Assembly: GCA_965200835.1 (NCBI GenBank)
Contig: OZ241390.1
Coordinates: forward strand, 450,518-514,517
Direction: 5' to 3'
DNA length: 64,000 bases
DNA from: Acidimicrobiia bacterium
GTDB taxonomy: Bacteria > Actinomycetota > Acidimicrobiia > Spongiisociales > Spongiisociaceae
The position numbers and the translations under genes were made by a program. Below the pieces are notes generated by a model, which did not search any database, was not told the origin of the DNA, and worked only from the letters and a program-made list of their open reading frames with translations. Shown here piece by piece: positions 19,095 through 28,463 of this stretch; the first letter of the stretch is position 1; each line of letters begins with the position of its first letter.

Positions 19095-20408
19095 TCAGAC
19101 TGACCTGCGCCGCATGAACCGATCGAACATCGGTACTGTGAAGTCGATGACCCCGTGTCGAGGTGAGTAACACAATCCCCGCTTGATGAGACTATCCCGA
19201 TATGGGCCCACCTGAGCTGTCGTCCGGTGCATCGCCGCGGCTACGTCACCCGACCGGTACGGACCTGCACCGAGGGAAGCCATGGCGGACAGATAGGCGC
19301 GTTCCCTCTCTGTCCTCCGATCGAACCGTATGCGAAAGAACCCGGTGTCAAGCTCGTCGGTGGCGATTGGAATGGCCGTGTCGACATCGTGGGCAGTGAT
19401 CACCTCATGACCCTCCGACACATTCCACACCTGCTTACCGAACTCCTGGAGGAAGTAAGGATACCCACCGGTTTCGGTAACCACCCGTTCCAGGGCACCA
19501 GAGTGCCAGCGGACACCCTCGGCTTCCGCTGGTTCGACCAGAGCAGCCCTGGCCTCTGCCACCCCCAAGCTGTTGATGACTCTGAACTCGAACAGTCGCT
19601 CGGCGTAGGATCGAGCTTCACCGACCTGAGCCAGAAGGGATGGCAAGCCCGCGCCTGCCACCATAAAGGGAAGCTGCTCCTGGCTGATTCGGTGCAGGCT
19701 TAGCAGGAGGGCCGTCAGCTGACGACGACCCAGGTATTGCATCTCGTCGATTGTAAGCAGGACCCCCACTCCTCGAGCCTTGGCTAGTTCGCCCACCTCT
19801 AGAAACAGGTCTACCAGATCATGGTCGAGTACTCCCGAGTCCGCGTAACCAGGCGCCGGGTCGAATCCCGCCACGACCTCCCCGTTACTCGGGAGCTTCC
19901 ATCGAAGCTGGAACGATCGGAGAACGCCCCATGCGCGATGGGCCGGCTCGGTGACCCGCCCTCCGGCCGACAGGCGCAGGATTGACTTCCGCACCAGGAT
20001 GGACAGGTTCTCGGGCAGATCCAGGTTCTCGGTGGCTTCGATACTCTGGTATACCCATCCGCTTCCCTCGGCGATCCGGCCGAACTCCCTCAGCAGTACG
20101 GTCTTGCCGACCCCTCGCAGACCGGTCAGCAATATGCTGCGCGCTGACCGGCCCAGCGCGACCGCTGGACGGCGATGTCGAACGTCCGGATAGAATCCTC
20201 GCGACCTACCAGAGCGGGCGGAGGCAAGCCCGCCCCCGGATTGTAAGGGTTGCGCGCCGGATTCATGACCCGATGACAAGAGGCATGGAACGGTCCGGCG
20301 GTCGAAAGGCTTCAGATCTCCCGGTGACGGCGGCTGGAGATGACCCCGGTGTCGAACCCGGCCAGGTTGAGGCGGCCCGAGAAGCGGGCGTGCTCGATCT
20401 TGAGACAC
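19095..20408 (-). CDS. AAA-type ATPase with C-terminal winged-helix-like region (resembles arch_ATPase PF01637 + DUF234 architecture); true start probably near 20300
   Basis: Walker A LLTGLRGVGKT and Walker B LLTIDEMQYL. The ORF's 5' end overlaps the upstream CoA-binding gene by ~100 nt, so the real start is downstream. GC (~53%) is below the local average. Confidence 0.5.
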   Translation of the reverse strand: MSQDRARPLLGPPQPGRVRHRGHLQPPSPGDLKPFDRRTVPCLLSSGHESGAQPLQSGGGLASARSGRSRGFYPDVRHRRPAVALGRSARSILLTGLRGVGKTVLLREFGRIAEGSGWVYQSIEATENLDLPENLSILVRKSILRLSAGGRVTEPAHRAWGVLRSFQLRWKLPSNGEVVAGFDPAPGYADSGVLDHDLVDLFLEVGELAKARGVGVLLTIDEMQYLGRRQLTALLLSLHRISQEQLPFMVAGAGLPSLLAQVGEARSYAERLFEFRVINSLGVAEARAALVEPAEAEGVRWHSGALERVVTETGGYPYFLQEFGKQVWNVSEGHEVITAHDVDTAIPIATDELDTGFFRIRFDRRTERERAYLSAMASLGAGPYRSGDVAAAMHRTTAQVGPYRDSLIKRGLCYSPRHGVIDFTVPMFDRFMRRRSV

Positions 20409-20791
20409 CTATCCTGCACTACTTCCAAGCCGGCATCCATGGCAGTACGGGCTGCCTCGTCGTGGCGCAGACCCAGCTGGAACCACACTACTTTGGCGCC
20501 GATGGCGATCGCCTCGTCGACCACCCCCGGAAGAGCCTCGCGCCTGCGGAACACGTCGACTATGTCGGGAACCTCGGGCAAGGAAGCCAGGGAGGGATAG
20601 CATTTGAGGCCCAGTATCTCGTCGTACATCGGATTGACCGGATAGACCCGGAAGTGGGTCCTGACCAGGTAGGTAGCGACGAAGTTGGAGGACCGCAGCA
20701 CATTTCCCGACACCCCTACCAGAGCTACCGATCTGGCCTGGCGGATAATCCGAAGCCGGGTCTTGGGGTCGGCCTCGAGCACCTTGGTCAT
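20312..20791 (-). CDS. CoA-binding domain protein (YccU/YneT-like)
   Basis: 159-aa product with an SVALVGVSGN...VYPVNP...IDVF CoA-binding Rossmann-like signature. Its ATG shares one nucleotide with the metY stop (TGATG overlap). Confidence 0.7.
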   Translation of the reverse strand: MTKVLEADPKTRLRIIRQARSVALVGVSGNVLRSSNFVATYLVRTHFRVYPVNPMYDEILGLKCYPSLASLPEVPDIVDVFRRREALPGVVDEAIAIGAKVVWFQLGLRHDEAARTAMDAGLEVVQDRCLKIEHARFSGRLNLAGFDTGVISSRRHREI

Positions 20792-22086
20792 CAGCCCCTC
20801 CCCATCGCCTGGTCGAGATCCCAGATTATGTCCTCGATGTTCTCCAGCCCGATCGATATGCGGATCATGTCGTTTCCGACCCCGCCGGCCTCCCGCTGCT
20901 CGGGCGGGACCTGCTGGTGGGTGGTGCTGGCTGGGTGGATGATCAGCGTCTTGGCATCCCCCACGTTGGCCAGGTGGCTGGCGAGCTGAGCCCGTTCGAT
21001 GAAGCTCACGCCCGCCTCGTAACCGCCCGCCAGTCCGAAGGTGAACACCGCTCCGGGTCCGTCCGGCACGTACTTGCGTGCCAGGTCGTAGGTGGGGTGG
21101 GCTGGCAACCCCGCATACGACACCCAGGACACCCGGGAGTCGTTGTCGAGAAACTCGGCCACCGCCATGGTGTTGGCGACGTGGCGTTCCATCCGGATCG
21201 AGAGAGTCTCGAGGCCCATCAGTAGCAGGAAGGAACTGAAGGGTGAGAGAGCCGCTCCGATGTCCCTGAGCAATTCGGTGCGGGCCTTCATCAGGTAGGC
21301 ATACTCCCGGAAGTTCTCCCAGAACCGGAGGTTGTGGTAAGCGGCTGATGGCTCGACGATCGCCGGGAAGCGCCCGTTGTTCCAAGGGAACCGGCCGTTC
21401 TCGACGATCACTCCGGCAATCACCGTGCCGTGCCCGCCGATGAACTTGGTAGCCGAATGGACCACCACATCGGCTCCGTGCTCGATGGGACGGCAGAGAG
21501 CGGGGCTGGCGAAGGTGTTGTCCACTACCAGCGGCAAGCCGTAGGCATGGGATACCTCGGCGATCGCCTCGAGGTCCAGCACATCACCGGCCGGATTGCC
21601 GATCGTCTCGCCGTAGACCAGGCGGGTTCGGTCACCGATGGCAGCCTCGATGGCGTCGGTGTCGTTGGTGTCGACGAAGGTGGTCTCGATCCCCATACGG
21701 CGCAGGGTCACATCGAACTGGGTGAACGTTCCACCGTAGAGGGACCGGTTGGTGATGATGTGGTCCCCCGCCTCGCACACGGTGAGGATCGAAAGGAGCT
21801 GGGCCGACATACCCGAGGAGGTAGCCAGACCACCCAACCCGCCCTCGAGCGAGGCCATGCGCTCCTCGAAAGCGGCATTGGTCGGGTTGCTGATTCGGGT
21901 GTAGATGTTGCCGAAGCTCTGGAGGGAGAACAGGTCGGCTGCGTACTGGGGATCATCGAAAACGTACGAGGTGGTTTGGTAGATGGGCATGGCCCGGGCA
22001 CCCGTCTCCGGATCCGGCCGCTGCCCGGCGTGGATCGAACGGGTGTCGAAGCCAAAGGTGTGCTCGTCCAAAGGCGTGGTGTTCAT
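20791..22086 (-). CDS. metY: O-acetylhomoserine aminocarboxypropyltransferase (O-acetylhomoserine sulfhydrylase)
   Basis: PLP-dependent Cys/Met-metabolism fold with the lysine motif SATKFIGGHG. 431 aa, immediately downstream of metX. Confidence 0.9.
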   Translation of the reverse strand: MNTTPLDEHTFGFDTRSIHAGQRPDPETGARAMPIYQTTSYVFDDPQYAADLFSLQSFGNIYTRISNPTNAAFEERMASLEGGLGGLATSSGMSAQLLSILTVCEAGDHIITNRSLYGGTFTQFDVTLRRMGIETTFVDTNDTDAIEAAIGDRTRLVYGETIGNPAGDVLDLEAIAEVSHAYGLPLVVDNTFASPALCRPIEHGADVVVHSATKFIGGHGTVIAGVIVENGRFPWNNGRFPAIVEPSAAYHNLRFWENFREYAYLMKARTELLRDIGAALSPFSSFLLLMGLETLSIRMERHVANTMAVAEFLDNDSRVSWVSYAGLPAHPTYDLARKYVPDGPGAVFTFGLAGGYEAGVSFIERAQLASHLANVGDAKTLIIHPASTTHQQVPPEQREAGGVGNDMIRISIGLENIEDIIWDLDQAMGRG

Positions 22087-22093
22087 AGTTCGC

Positions 22094-23263
22094 TCAACAT
22101 GGGAATCCCGACTCCGATTCCAGATGATAACGGAGGTGGGGTTCGAACAGATGTGGCTCTAGGAGGAAGGCGTCGTGGCCCTTCTCGGAGTGGACGGTTA
22201 TCCAATTGAAGGGAATGCCGGCCTGCTTGAGTTCCTCGGTCAGCTCCTCCTGCTCGGACCGGTAGTAGCACACGTCGGAGTCGATAGAGAACACCAGGTA
22301 TTCGTGGGAACCCTCTCCAGCCGCCAGCAGCCGGCGCAGGGTGGTTCCCCGGCGAGCGGCTTCGGTATACAGATCGAAGTCCTGCCAGGCCCACATGGTG
22401 CGCAGATAGGCGTTTGCATCGAACCGTTTCACGAACTTCTGTCCCTGATGCCACATGTAGCTTTCGAGCGGGAGGCGCACCCGCTCGTCAGCGGCGGGGA
22501 CTACCTCCCCCCTGGCCCGCTCTCGCATCTGATCCAAGGACACGAACGTCTTGTGCCCGATCATCCTGGCCAGGGAGAGGCCGGCATCAGGCGGAGGCCC
22601 TTCGTAATAGTCGCCACCCCGGAAGTTGGGATCGTTGTAGATGGCGTTGACCTGCTCGAAGTCATGGATGATCTGCAAGGCGGTGGCCCGGAGACCGGCC
22701 GCGATCGGGATGACGAAGCGCACCCGATCGGGGTAGCGGGTGGCGACGTCGAGGCACATCATGCCCCCTACGCTCCCGCCTACCACCGCATGCAAGCGTT
22801 CGATCCCAAGCCCGTCCAGGAGCCGGAAGTGAGCCCGGACCGTGTCGGCCGCTGACACCCGCGGGAATGAACCTCCATAAGGCTTCCCGGTCACCGGGTC
22901 GATGCTGGTGGGACCGGTGGAGCCATAGCAGTGGCCCACCCAGTTGGCACAGATTATGGCGAACTTCTCGGTGTTCAGAGACCGGCGGGGACCGATGAAG
23001 GCGTCCCACCATCCTTCGTGGATCTCCTCGATCCAGCGGGCACCGGTATCCGGAACAGCCGGGTTGTAGCCGGCCGCGTGGTGGCTTCCTGTCAGGGCAT
23101 GGAACAGGAGTATGGCGTTGTCCCGCGCCTCGTTGAGCTCCCCGTAAATCTCATAGGCCAGCGTTATCTCCGGCAGGGTTGCTCCGCTGTCGAAGACGAA
23201 CGGATCCTTCTCGCTACCGAAGGTGAAGAATTTGGTTTCGACCGGGCCTACGCCCCCATGCAT
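22094..23263 (-). CDS. metX: homoserine O-acetyltransferase
   Basis: alpha/beta hydrolase with GGSVGGMM nucleophile elbow and typical MetX N-terminus (FVFDSGATLPEITLAYEIYG). 389 aa. Confidence 0.9.
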   Translation of the reverse strand: MHGGVGPVETKFFTFGSEKDPFVFDSGATLPEITLAYEIYGELNEARDNAILLFHALTGSHHAAGYNPAVPDTGARWIEEIHEGWWDAFIGPRRSLNTEKFAIICANWVGHCYGSTGPTSIDPVTGKPYGGSFPRVSAADTVRAHFRLLDGLGIERLHAVVGGSVGGMMCLDVATRYPDRVRFVIPIAAGLRATALQIIHDFEQVNAIYNDPNFRGGDYYEGPPPDAGLSLARMIGHKTFVSLDQMRERARGEVVPAADERVRLPLESYMWHQGQKFVKRFDANAYLRTMWAWQDFDLYTEAARRGTTLRRLLAAGEGSHEYLVFSIDSDVCYYRSEQEELTEELKQAGIPFNWITVHSEKGHDAFLLEPHLFEPHLRYHLESESGFPC

Positions 23264-23452
23264 GTGTCCATCCCAAAGCTGGCGGGGTCAGGAACTACGT
23301 TATCCAACCGGGCACGATATCAAGGAATCGGCCGGAACCAGAAGCCGTCGATCCCTGGCTGGCCGGGGCTGGTTCTATTGCCCGGGTTGGGTTATCGGAT
23401 CCCTGGGGTGCCCTCTGGAGGGTAGTCGTACTGGGCGAGTACGATCCTTGGG

Positions 23453-25342
23453 GTGGAGTATCAGGCGCTCTATCGCAAGTATCGGCCGCAGCGATTCGCC
23501 GAGGTCATCGGCCAGGACCACGTTACCCACACCTTGGCAAGAGAGATTTCCGAGGGTCGGGTAGCGCACGCCTATCTGTTCGCCGGTCCGCGCGGCACTG
23601 GCAAGACGACCACGGCCCGGATCCTCGCCAAAGCCCTCAACTGCCCGGATCGGGAGGGAGCCGGGGAGCCCTGCGGAAGATGCATCTCCTGCACAGCGGT
23701 GGCCGGCTCTTCCTCGATGGATGTCCTGGAGCTGGACGCGGCCTCCCACAACAAGGTGGAGGACATCCGGGACCTCAGGGCCAGCGTGTCCACGGTTGCC
23801 TCGGCGGGAGGTGCCAAGCGGGTCTTCATCCTCGACGAGGCCCACATGCTCACCAAGTCCGCCGGGAATGCGCTGCTCAAGACGCTCGAGGAGCCCCCCG
23901 ATCATGTCCACTTCGTACTCGCCACCACCGAGCCCTACCGATTGCTCGACACCATCCGGTCCCGCAGCCAGCGGTTCGACTTCCATCTCGTACCCTCCGA
24001 GCTCATAGCCGCTCACCTGGAAGGGATCAGCCGGGCGGAAGGCTATCGGGCCTCCCCCGAAGCGCTCAGTGCGGTAGCCCAGCGAGCGGCCGGTTCGGTG
24101 CGTGACGCCCTCAGCCTGCTCGAGCAGATCGCCGCCCGGGATGGTTCGGTCACCATGGAGGGGATCGGCAACGCCCTTGGAGTAGCCGGGCCCGAGGCGA
24201 TAGAAACCCTGATACGAGCGCTGGAGATATCCGATGCCGGACTGGCGCTCGAGCTGGTGGCCGGCTTGGCAGGGCAGGGAGTGGACCTCCGGCGGTTCAC
24301 CGGGGATGTGCTGGCGTTCTTCCGCGGGGTATTCCTAACCATGTACAGCCCGGACGTCAGCAACATCACTGGCGACTCGGCCGAGGTAGTGGCCGGCTGG
24401 GAGGCGGCCTCGGGCAGGCTCCCGCGTTCGGTGGTGATGCGAACGATCGACCTTCTGGGGGAAGCGCTGGTCAAGCTCCGGGAGGGCCGCGAGGAGCGAG
24501 TAATGCTGGAGCTGGCCGTCCTGAAGCTGGTGCGACCCGAACTGGACAGCAACTCCGACGCTCTGCTCAGCCGGATCGAGCGGCTGGAGCGGCGCCTGAC
24601 CAAAGCCATGGAGCGGCCTCAGCCCATGCCCGAAGCGGCCGAACCGGTCCCGGATGCAACGCAGCCGGCGGCTGGAGGTGGTCGGCCCCCATTCCGCAAG
24701 GCGGCCCGGCCGGCACCGGTGCCCGAGACCCCCACCTCCGGGCCAGGACTGAGAGGTTCAGCTGTCCCCGAGCCGGATCCAGCACCCTCCAAGTCCCATC
24801 CGATGGAAGTACCGGAACCGTCGAAGGACAGACGTAGCCCGGTGCGCGCCGATCCAGAACTCGAGCGGATCTGGCCACAGCTGGTCGCCGGCGTCAGGGA
24901 CAACCTCGGCCCGCGGCGTACAGCGCTGTTCGAGAGTGCCATCCCAGCTGGACTCGAAGGATCCGCCCTGGTGTTCGAGGTGGTCGACCACTACTACCTG
25001 ACTCAGCTGTCTTCGGACCGCAAGCTGAAGAACTATCTGGCCAAGCGGGCCGCCCAGCTGCTGAAGCGTGACACGTCGGTCCTATTTCGCGCCTCGGCCA
25101 GCGCTGATCAGGTACCGGCTTCGGCTCCGATCACTTCTCCGGCTCCGACCCCTGCTCCGGAGCGTCCCATCAGGCAGGAACCTCCGATGGAGCAAGAGCC
25201 CCCGCCCGAGGCTATCACAGAGCCATCTCCCCATACCGAACCGTCCTCCGATGCAGAACCCTCCTTCAATCTGGACATCTTTTCTCTGCTCCAAAGGGAA
25301 CTGGGGGCTAGAGAGGTGCATGAGGATGAGCGAAGGCCCTGA
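23453..25342 (+). CDS. dnaX: DNA polymerase III subunits gamma/tau
   Basis: YRKYRPQRF...GPRGTGKTT (Walker A), zinc module C..CxxC, sensor motifs, Pro/Ala-rich tau linker. GTG start at 23453. Confidence 0.92.
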   Translation: MEYQALYRKYRPQRFAEVIGQDHVTHTLAREISEGRVAHAYLFAGPRGTGKTTTARILAKALNCPDREGAGEPCGRCISCTAVAGSSSMDVLELDAASHNKVEDIRDLRASVSTVASAGGAKRVFILDEAHMLTKSAGNALLKTLEEPPDHVHFVLATTEPYRLLDTIRSRSQRFDFHLVPSELIAAHLEGISRAEGYRASPEALSAVAQRAAGSVRDALSLLEQIAARDGSVTMEGIGNALGVAGPEAIETLIRALEISDAGLALELVAGLAGQGVDLRRFTGDVLAFFRGVFLTMYSPDVSNITGDSAEVVAGWEAASGRLPRSVVMRTIDLLGEALVKLREGREERVMLELAVLKLVRPELDSNSDALLSRIERLERRLTKAMERPQPMPEAAEPVPDATQPAAGGGRPPFRKAARPAPVPETPTSGPGLRGSAVPEPDPAPSKSHPMEVPEPSKDRRSPVRADPELERIWPQLVAGVRDNLGPRRTALFESAIPAGLEGSALVFEVVDHYYLTQLSSDRKLKNYLAKRAAQLLKRDTSVLFRASASADQVPASAPITSPAPTPAPERPIRQEPPMEQEPPPEAITEPSPHTEPSSDAEPSFNLDIFSLLQRELGAREVHEDERRP

Positions 25343-25414
25343 CGAAGACCCTCGCCCGGACGGGAATCGCCAGATCCGCACTCGGACACCGGCCCGAGGC
25401 TACGCTGGAGCACG

Positions 25415-26008
25415 ATGTTCGAGAGGCCCGTCCAGCGACTTATCGACGAGCTGACCCGGCTGCCGGGGATTGGCCGCAAGTCTGCCCAGCGCCTGACCTT
25501 CCATCTGCTGAATGTCGACGAGATGGACGCCCGCGGCCTGGCTCGGGCGATCATCGATCTACGGGATCAAACCTCCCTCTGCTCCCGCTGCTACAACGTG
25601 ACCGCGGCGAGCGAGTGTTCGATCTGTCTCGACCCCCGCCGCGACCCCGGGGTCATCTGCGTGGTCGAACGACCTCAGGACATCGCGGTGGTCGAGCGAA
25701 CTCGGGAGTTCACCGGCCGGTATCACGTGCTGGGAGGGGCCCTGTCTCCCATCGACGGAATCGGACCGGCTCAGCTACGGATCGAGGAACTGAGGAGTCG
25801 CGTGCCGACCGAGATGGTCACCGAGCTGATAGTGGCTACCAATCCCACCATCGAAGGAGATACGACCGCTATGTACCTGGCCCGCTACTTCAAGCCGCTC
25901 GGGGTGACAGTTTCCCGCCCGGCCAGCGGCCTGCCGGTGGGTGGCGACATGGACTACGCGGATGAGATCACGCTCGGAAGGGCACTCACCGGCCGCCGGG
26001 CCCTTTGA
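25415..26008 (+). CDS. recR: recombination protein RecR
   Basis: HhH (LPGIGRKSAQRL), C4 zinc finger (CSRC...CSIC) and Toprim domain. 197 aa. Confidence 0.95.
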   Translation: MFERPVQRLIDELTRLPGIGRKSAQRLTFHLLNVDEMDARGLARAIIDLRDQTSLCSRCYNVTAASECSICLDPRRDPGVICVVERPQDIAVVERTREFTGRYHVLGGALSPIDGIGPAQLRIEELRSRVPTEMVTELIVATNPTIEGDTTAMYLARYFKPLGVTVSRPASGLPVGGDMDYADEITLGRALTGRRAL

Positions 26009-26370
26009 CCATCCACACTGCCTGGATAGTCGGACCTCTGGACGGATGATGGACCGCCCAGAAAGGTACACCACCCATGAGCGGCCAGCCATAGAGCCCG
26101 CAAGGGGGTTGAAAGTGTCACATAACTGGCGCATCATGAGGGTTACCAGGCACTTGCGCGGGAAGATTAGGCGTCACTCGACCGCACCAGGGAACATCAC
26201 ATGGGCACAGGGCAGCTCCGGCATTGCATAGCTGCACACGTCCGATCCCGGCTAGGCGGTGGTGGGGGAGGGCCCGAGCGGGGTCTCCCGTGGGGCGATT
26301 TTCGCGACCTTTGGATCCGAGCCGGATGGACTGCCTTCAATCGAATGATCCAACTTAGGAGCGGGGGTGT

Positions 26371-27354
26371 ATGGAGGATCACTTGATCCGGGTCAACCGG
26401 CTCGAGCGAGAGAGGCGAGAACGACACTTCCTCGCTCCGATCGCTACCCGATCTGCTGACTCGAAGGGTCGGGAGATACCCGAGGAGGCGGATCCGCTTC
26501 GCACGGCCTTCGAGCGGGACCGGGATCGGATCGTACACAGCAACGCCATCCGCCGCCTGGCGCGCAAGACCCAGGTGTTCATCGACCCCGACAACGATCA
26601 CTTCTTGACCCGGCTGACCCACACTCTCCAGGTGGCCCAGATCGGGCGGTCCATGGCGATCGCGCTGGGGTTGAACGAGCCTCTCACCGAAGCGATCTGC
26701 CTGGGACACGACATCGGCCATGCGCCCTTCGGTCACACCGGCGAGGATGCCCTGGCCGAGATCCTCGAGGGAGGGTGGGTGCACTCGGATCATTCAGTCC
26801 GGGTTCTGTCCGTTCTCGAACCCCTGAACCTCACGTGGGAAACCATCGACGGGATCCGTGCCCACTCGTGGAAGGTGACACCGCCGCCCGCCACACCGGA
26901 AGGGCTCTTGTGCCGTTATGCCGACCGGGTCGCCTACCTGAGCCACGATCTGATCGACGCTATGCGGGCTGAAATCATCCGTTACCGTGACTTACCCTTC
27001 CGGGCTCAGGCACTGCTAGGCGACCGACACGGCCGCTGGGTTACCGCCATGGTGCATGCGGTGGTGGATCAGTCGACCGTGTCCGGGGAAGTTACGATGG
27101 ACCCGGATGTAGCCGACGCTATGGCCGAGCTCAGAGCTTTCATGTTCGAACGGGTCTATCTCCGGCCCGAAACCACCCCACACCGCCGCCGGGCGATGAG
27201 GATCGTCCAAGACCTGGTGAGCCACTACCGGGCTAATCCCACGGAGATTCCCGGATACCAAGAGGAGCGGGGAGCTCTGGAGAGCGCGGTCGACTACGTG
27301 GCCGGCATGACCGACCGGTTTGCGTTCCGGACCCATGCGGAGCAATGCGGATAG
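26371..27354 (+). CDS. dGTPase-like HD-domain phosphohydrolase (Dgt family)
   Basis: RDRDRIVHS, HTL/H..D HD motif (RLTHTLQVAQIG...LGHDIGHAPFGH). Confidence 0.8.
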   Translation: MEDHLIRVNRLERERRERHFLAPIATRSADSKGREIPEEADPLRTAFERDRDRIVHSNAIRRLARKTQVFIDPDNDHFLTRLTHTLQVAQIGRSMAIALGLNEPLTEAICLGHDIGHAPFGHTGEDALAEILEGGWVHSDHSVRVLSVLEPLNLTWETIDGIRAHSWKVTPPPATPEGLLCRYADRVAYLSHDLIDAMRAEIIRYRDLPFRAQALLGDRHGRWVTAMVHAVVDQSTVSGEVTMDPDVADAMAELRAFMFERVYLRPETTPHRRRAMRIVQDLVSHYRANPTEIPGYQEERGALESAVDYVAGMTDRFAFRTHAEQCG

Positions 27355-28463
27355 GTTCGAACCCGACCGCGCCGGGAGCTCCTAGGCTGATCCCGGTGAT
27401 CCTGGCGGGCGGCATGGGGACCCGCCTGTGGCCGGTGTCGCGTCCCAGCTATCCGAAACCTCTGATCCGGTTGACCGGCGACCGGTCCCTGATCCAGGAG
27501 ACGGTGCTACGGGCGGCCGCCATCCCGGGGATCGGCAAGCCAGTCGTCGTATGCGGCGTAGCCCACTTCCCTCCCATCGCCGACCAGCTAGCCGAGATCG
27601 AGCAGCCACTGCAAACTGCTCTTCTGGAACCGGTGGGTCGCGGTACCGCGCCTGCCGCGGCCGCCGCCGCCCTGGCCGCTCACCCGGACGACATCCTGAT
27701 CGTGATGCCGGCCGACCACCTCGTGGAAGATCTGGCAGCCTTCACTAGGGCAGTCGACCTCGCCGCCGAAGCGGCCGGCGACGGGTGGTTGGTCACCTTC
27801 GGGGTGGTGCCGGACCGGGCCGAAACCGGCTACGGCTACATCGAAGCCGGCGCCCCCGTCGATGAAGGGGCCTGCGCACTCCGGATCGTCGCCTTCCGGG
27901 AGAAGCCGGACCCGGCCACCGCCCGGCGCTACTTCGAAAGCGGTCGCTACTCCTGGAATAGCGGGATGTTCGTATTCCGGGCCGGTGCCTATCTGGATGA
28001 ACTCCAGCAGTCGGACCCCGAGATGGTGCGGATGGTCAGCGCGGCCCTGGCAATCCCCCTCGACAGGGAAAGGCAGCCAGATGGCCGCGCCATCGAGCTC
28101 GACCATGCCAGCTTCGCCGCCTGCCCACCCGGTTCGATCGACCGGACGGTTATGGAGCGCACCCGGCGGGGAGCCATGGTCCCGCTGGAGGCGGGATGGA
28201 GCGACGTAGGATCATGGCGCTCGCTATGGGAAGTCGGTCGCAAGGACGGGCGCGGAAATGTCGTGGCAGGCCCGAGCCGCCTGGAGGACGTGTCGTCCAG
28301 CTACATACGTGCTACCGACCGGCCGGTGGTAGTGATCGGACTGGACGACGTGATAGTCGTGGATGACGGGCAGGCCGTGCTGGTTGCCAGCACGGCCCAT
28401 GCCCAACAGGTCAGACCGTTCGGAGAGGTGGACCCCCACCAACCGGCCGCGCCGGCCGGTTAA
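27345..28463 (+). CDS. mannose-1-phosphate guanylyltransferase (GDP-mannose pyrophosphorylase)-like nucleotidyltransferase
   Basis: N-terminal sugar-nucleotidyltransferase motif [11 protein letters not shown] and C-terminal left-handed beta-helix region. Overlaps the upstream gene by 10 nt. Confidence 0.78.
   Translation: MRIGSNPTAPGAPRLIPVILAGGMGTRLWPVSRPSYPKPLIRLTGDRSLIQETVLRAAAIPGIGKPVVVCGVAHFPPIADQLAEIEQPLQTALLEPVGRGTAPAAAAAALAAHPDDILIVMPADHLVEDLAAFTRAVDLAAEAAGDGWLVTFGVVPDRAETGYGYIEAGAPVDEGACALRIVAFREKPDPATARRYFESGRYSWNSGMFVFRAGAYLDELQQSDPEMVRMVSAALAIPLDRERQPDGRAIELDHASFAACPPGSIDRTVMERTRRGAMVPLEAGWSDVGSWRSLWEVGRKDGRGNVVAGPSRLEDVSSSYIRATDRPVVVIGLDDVIVVDDGQAVLVASTAHAQQVRPFGEVDPHQPAAPAG

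Noticed and set aside
23290-23400. SRP RNA (ffs) upstream of dnaX or SAM-IV riboswitch upstream of metX as annotated features.
   Set aside because: A long hairpin exists, but the invariant SRP domain IV motif and the SAM-I/SAM-IV core motifs could not be recognised. It is reported as an open finding instead of a feature.
26009-26370. Possible ncRNA or small gene in the 360-nt AT-richer spacer between recR and the dgt-like gene (contains a GGGAG-GCCC-gagc-GGG-CTCCC hairpin near 26262-26290).
   Set aside because: There is no recognisable RNA-family motif or conserved small ORF. The short frames there are low-complexity. It is most likely promoter/terminator space.
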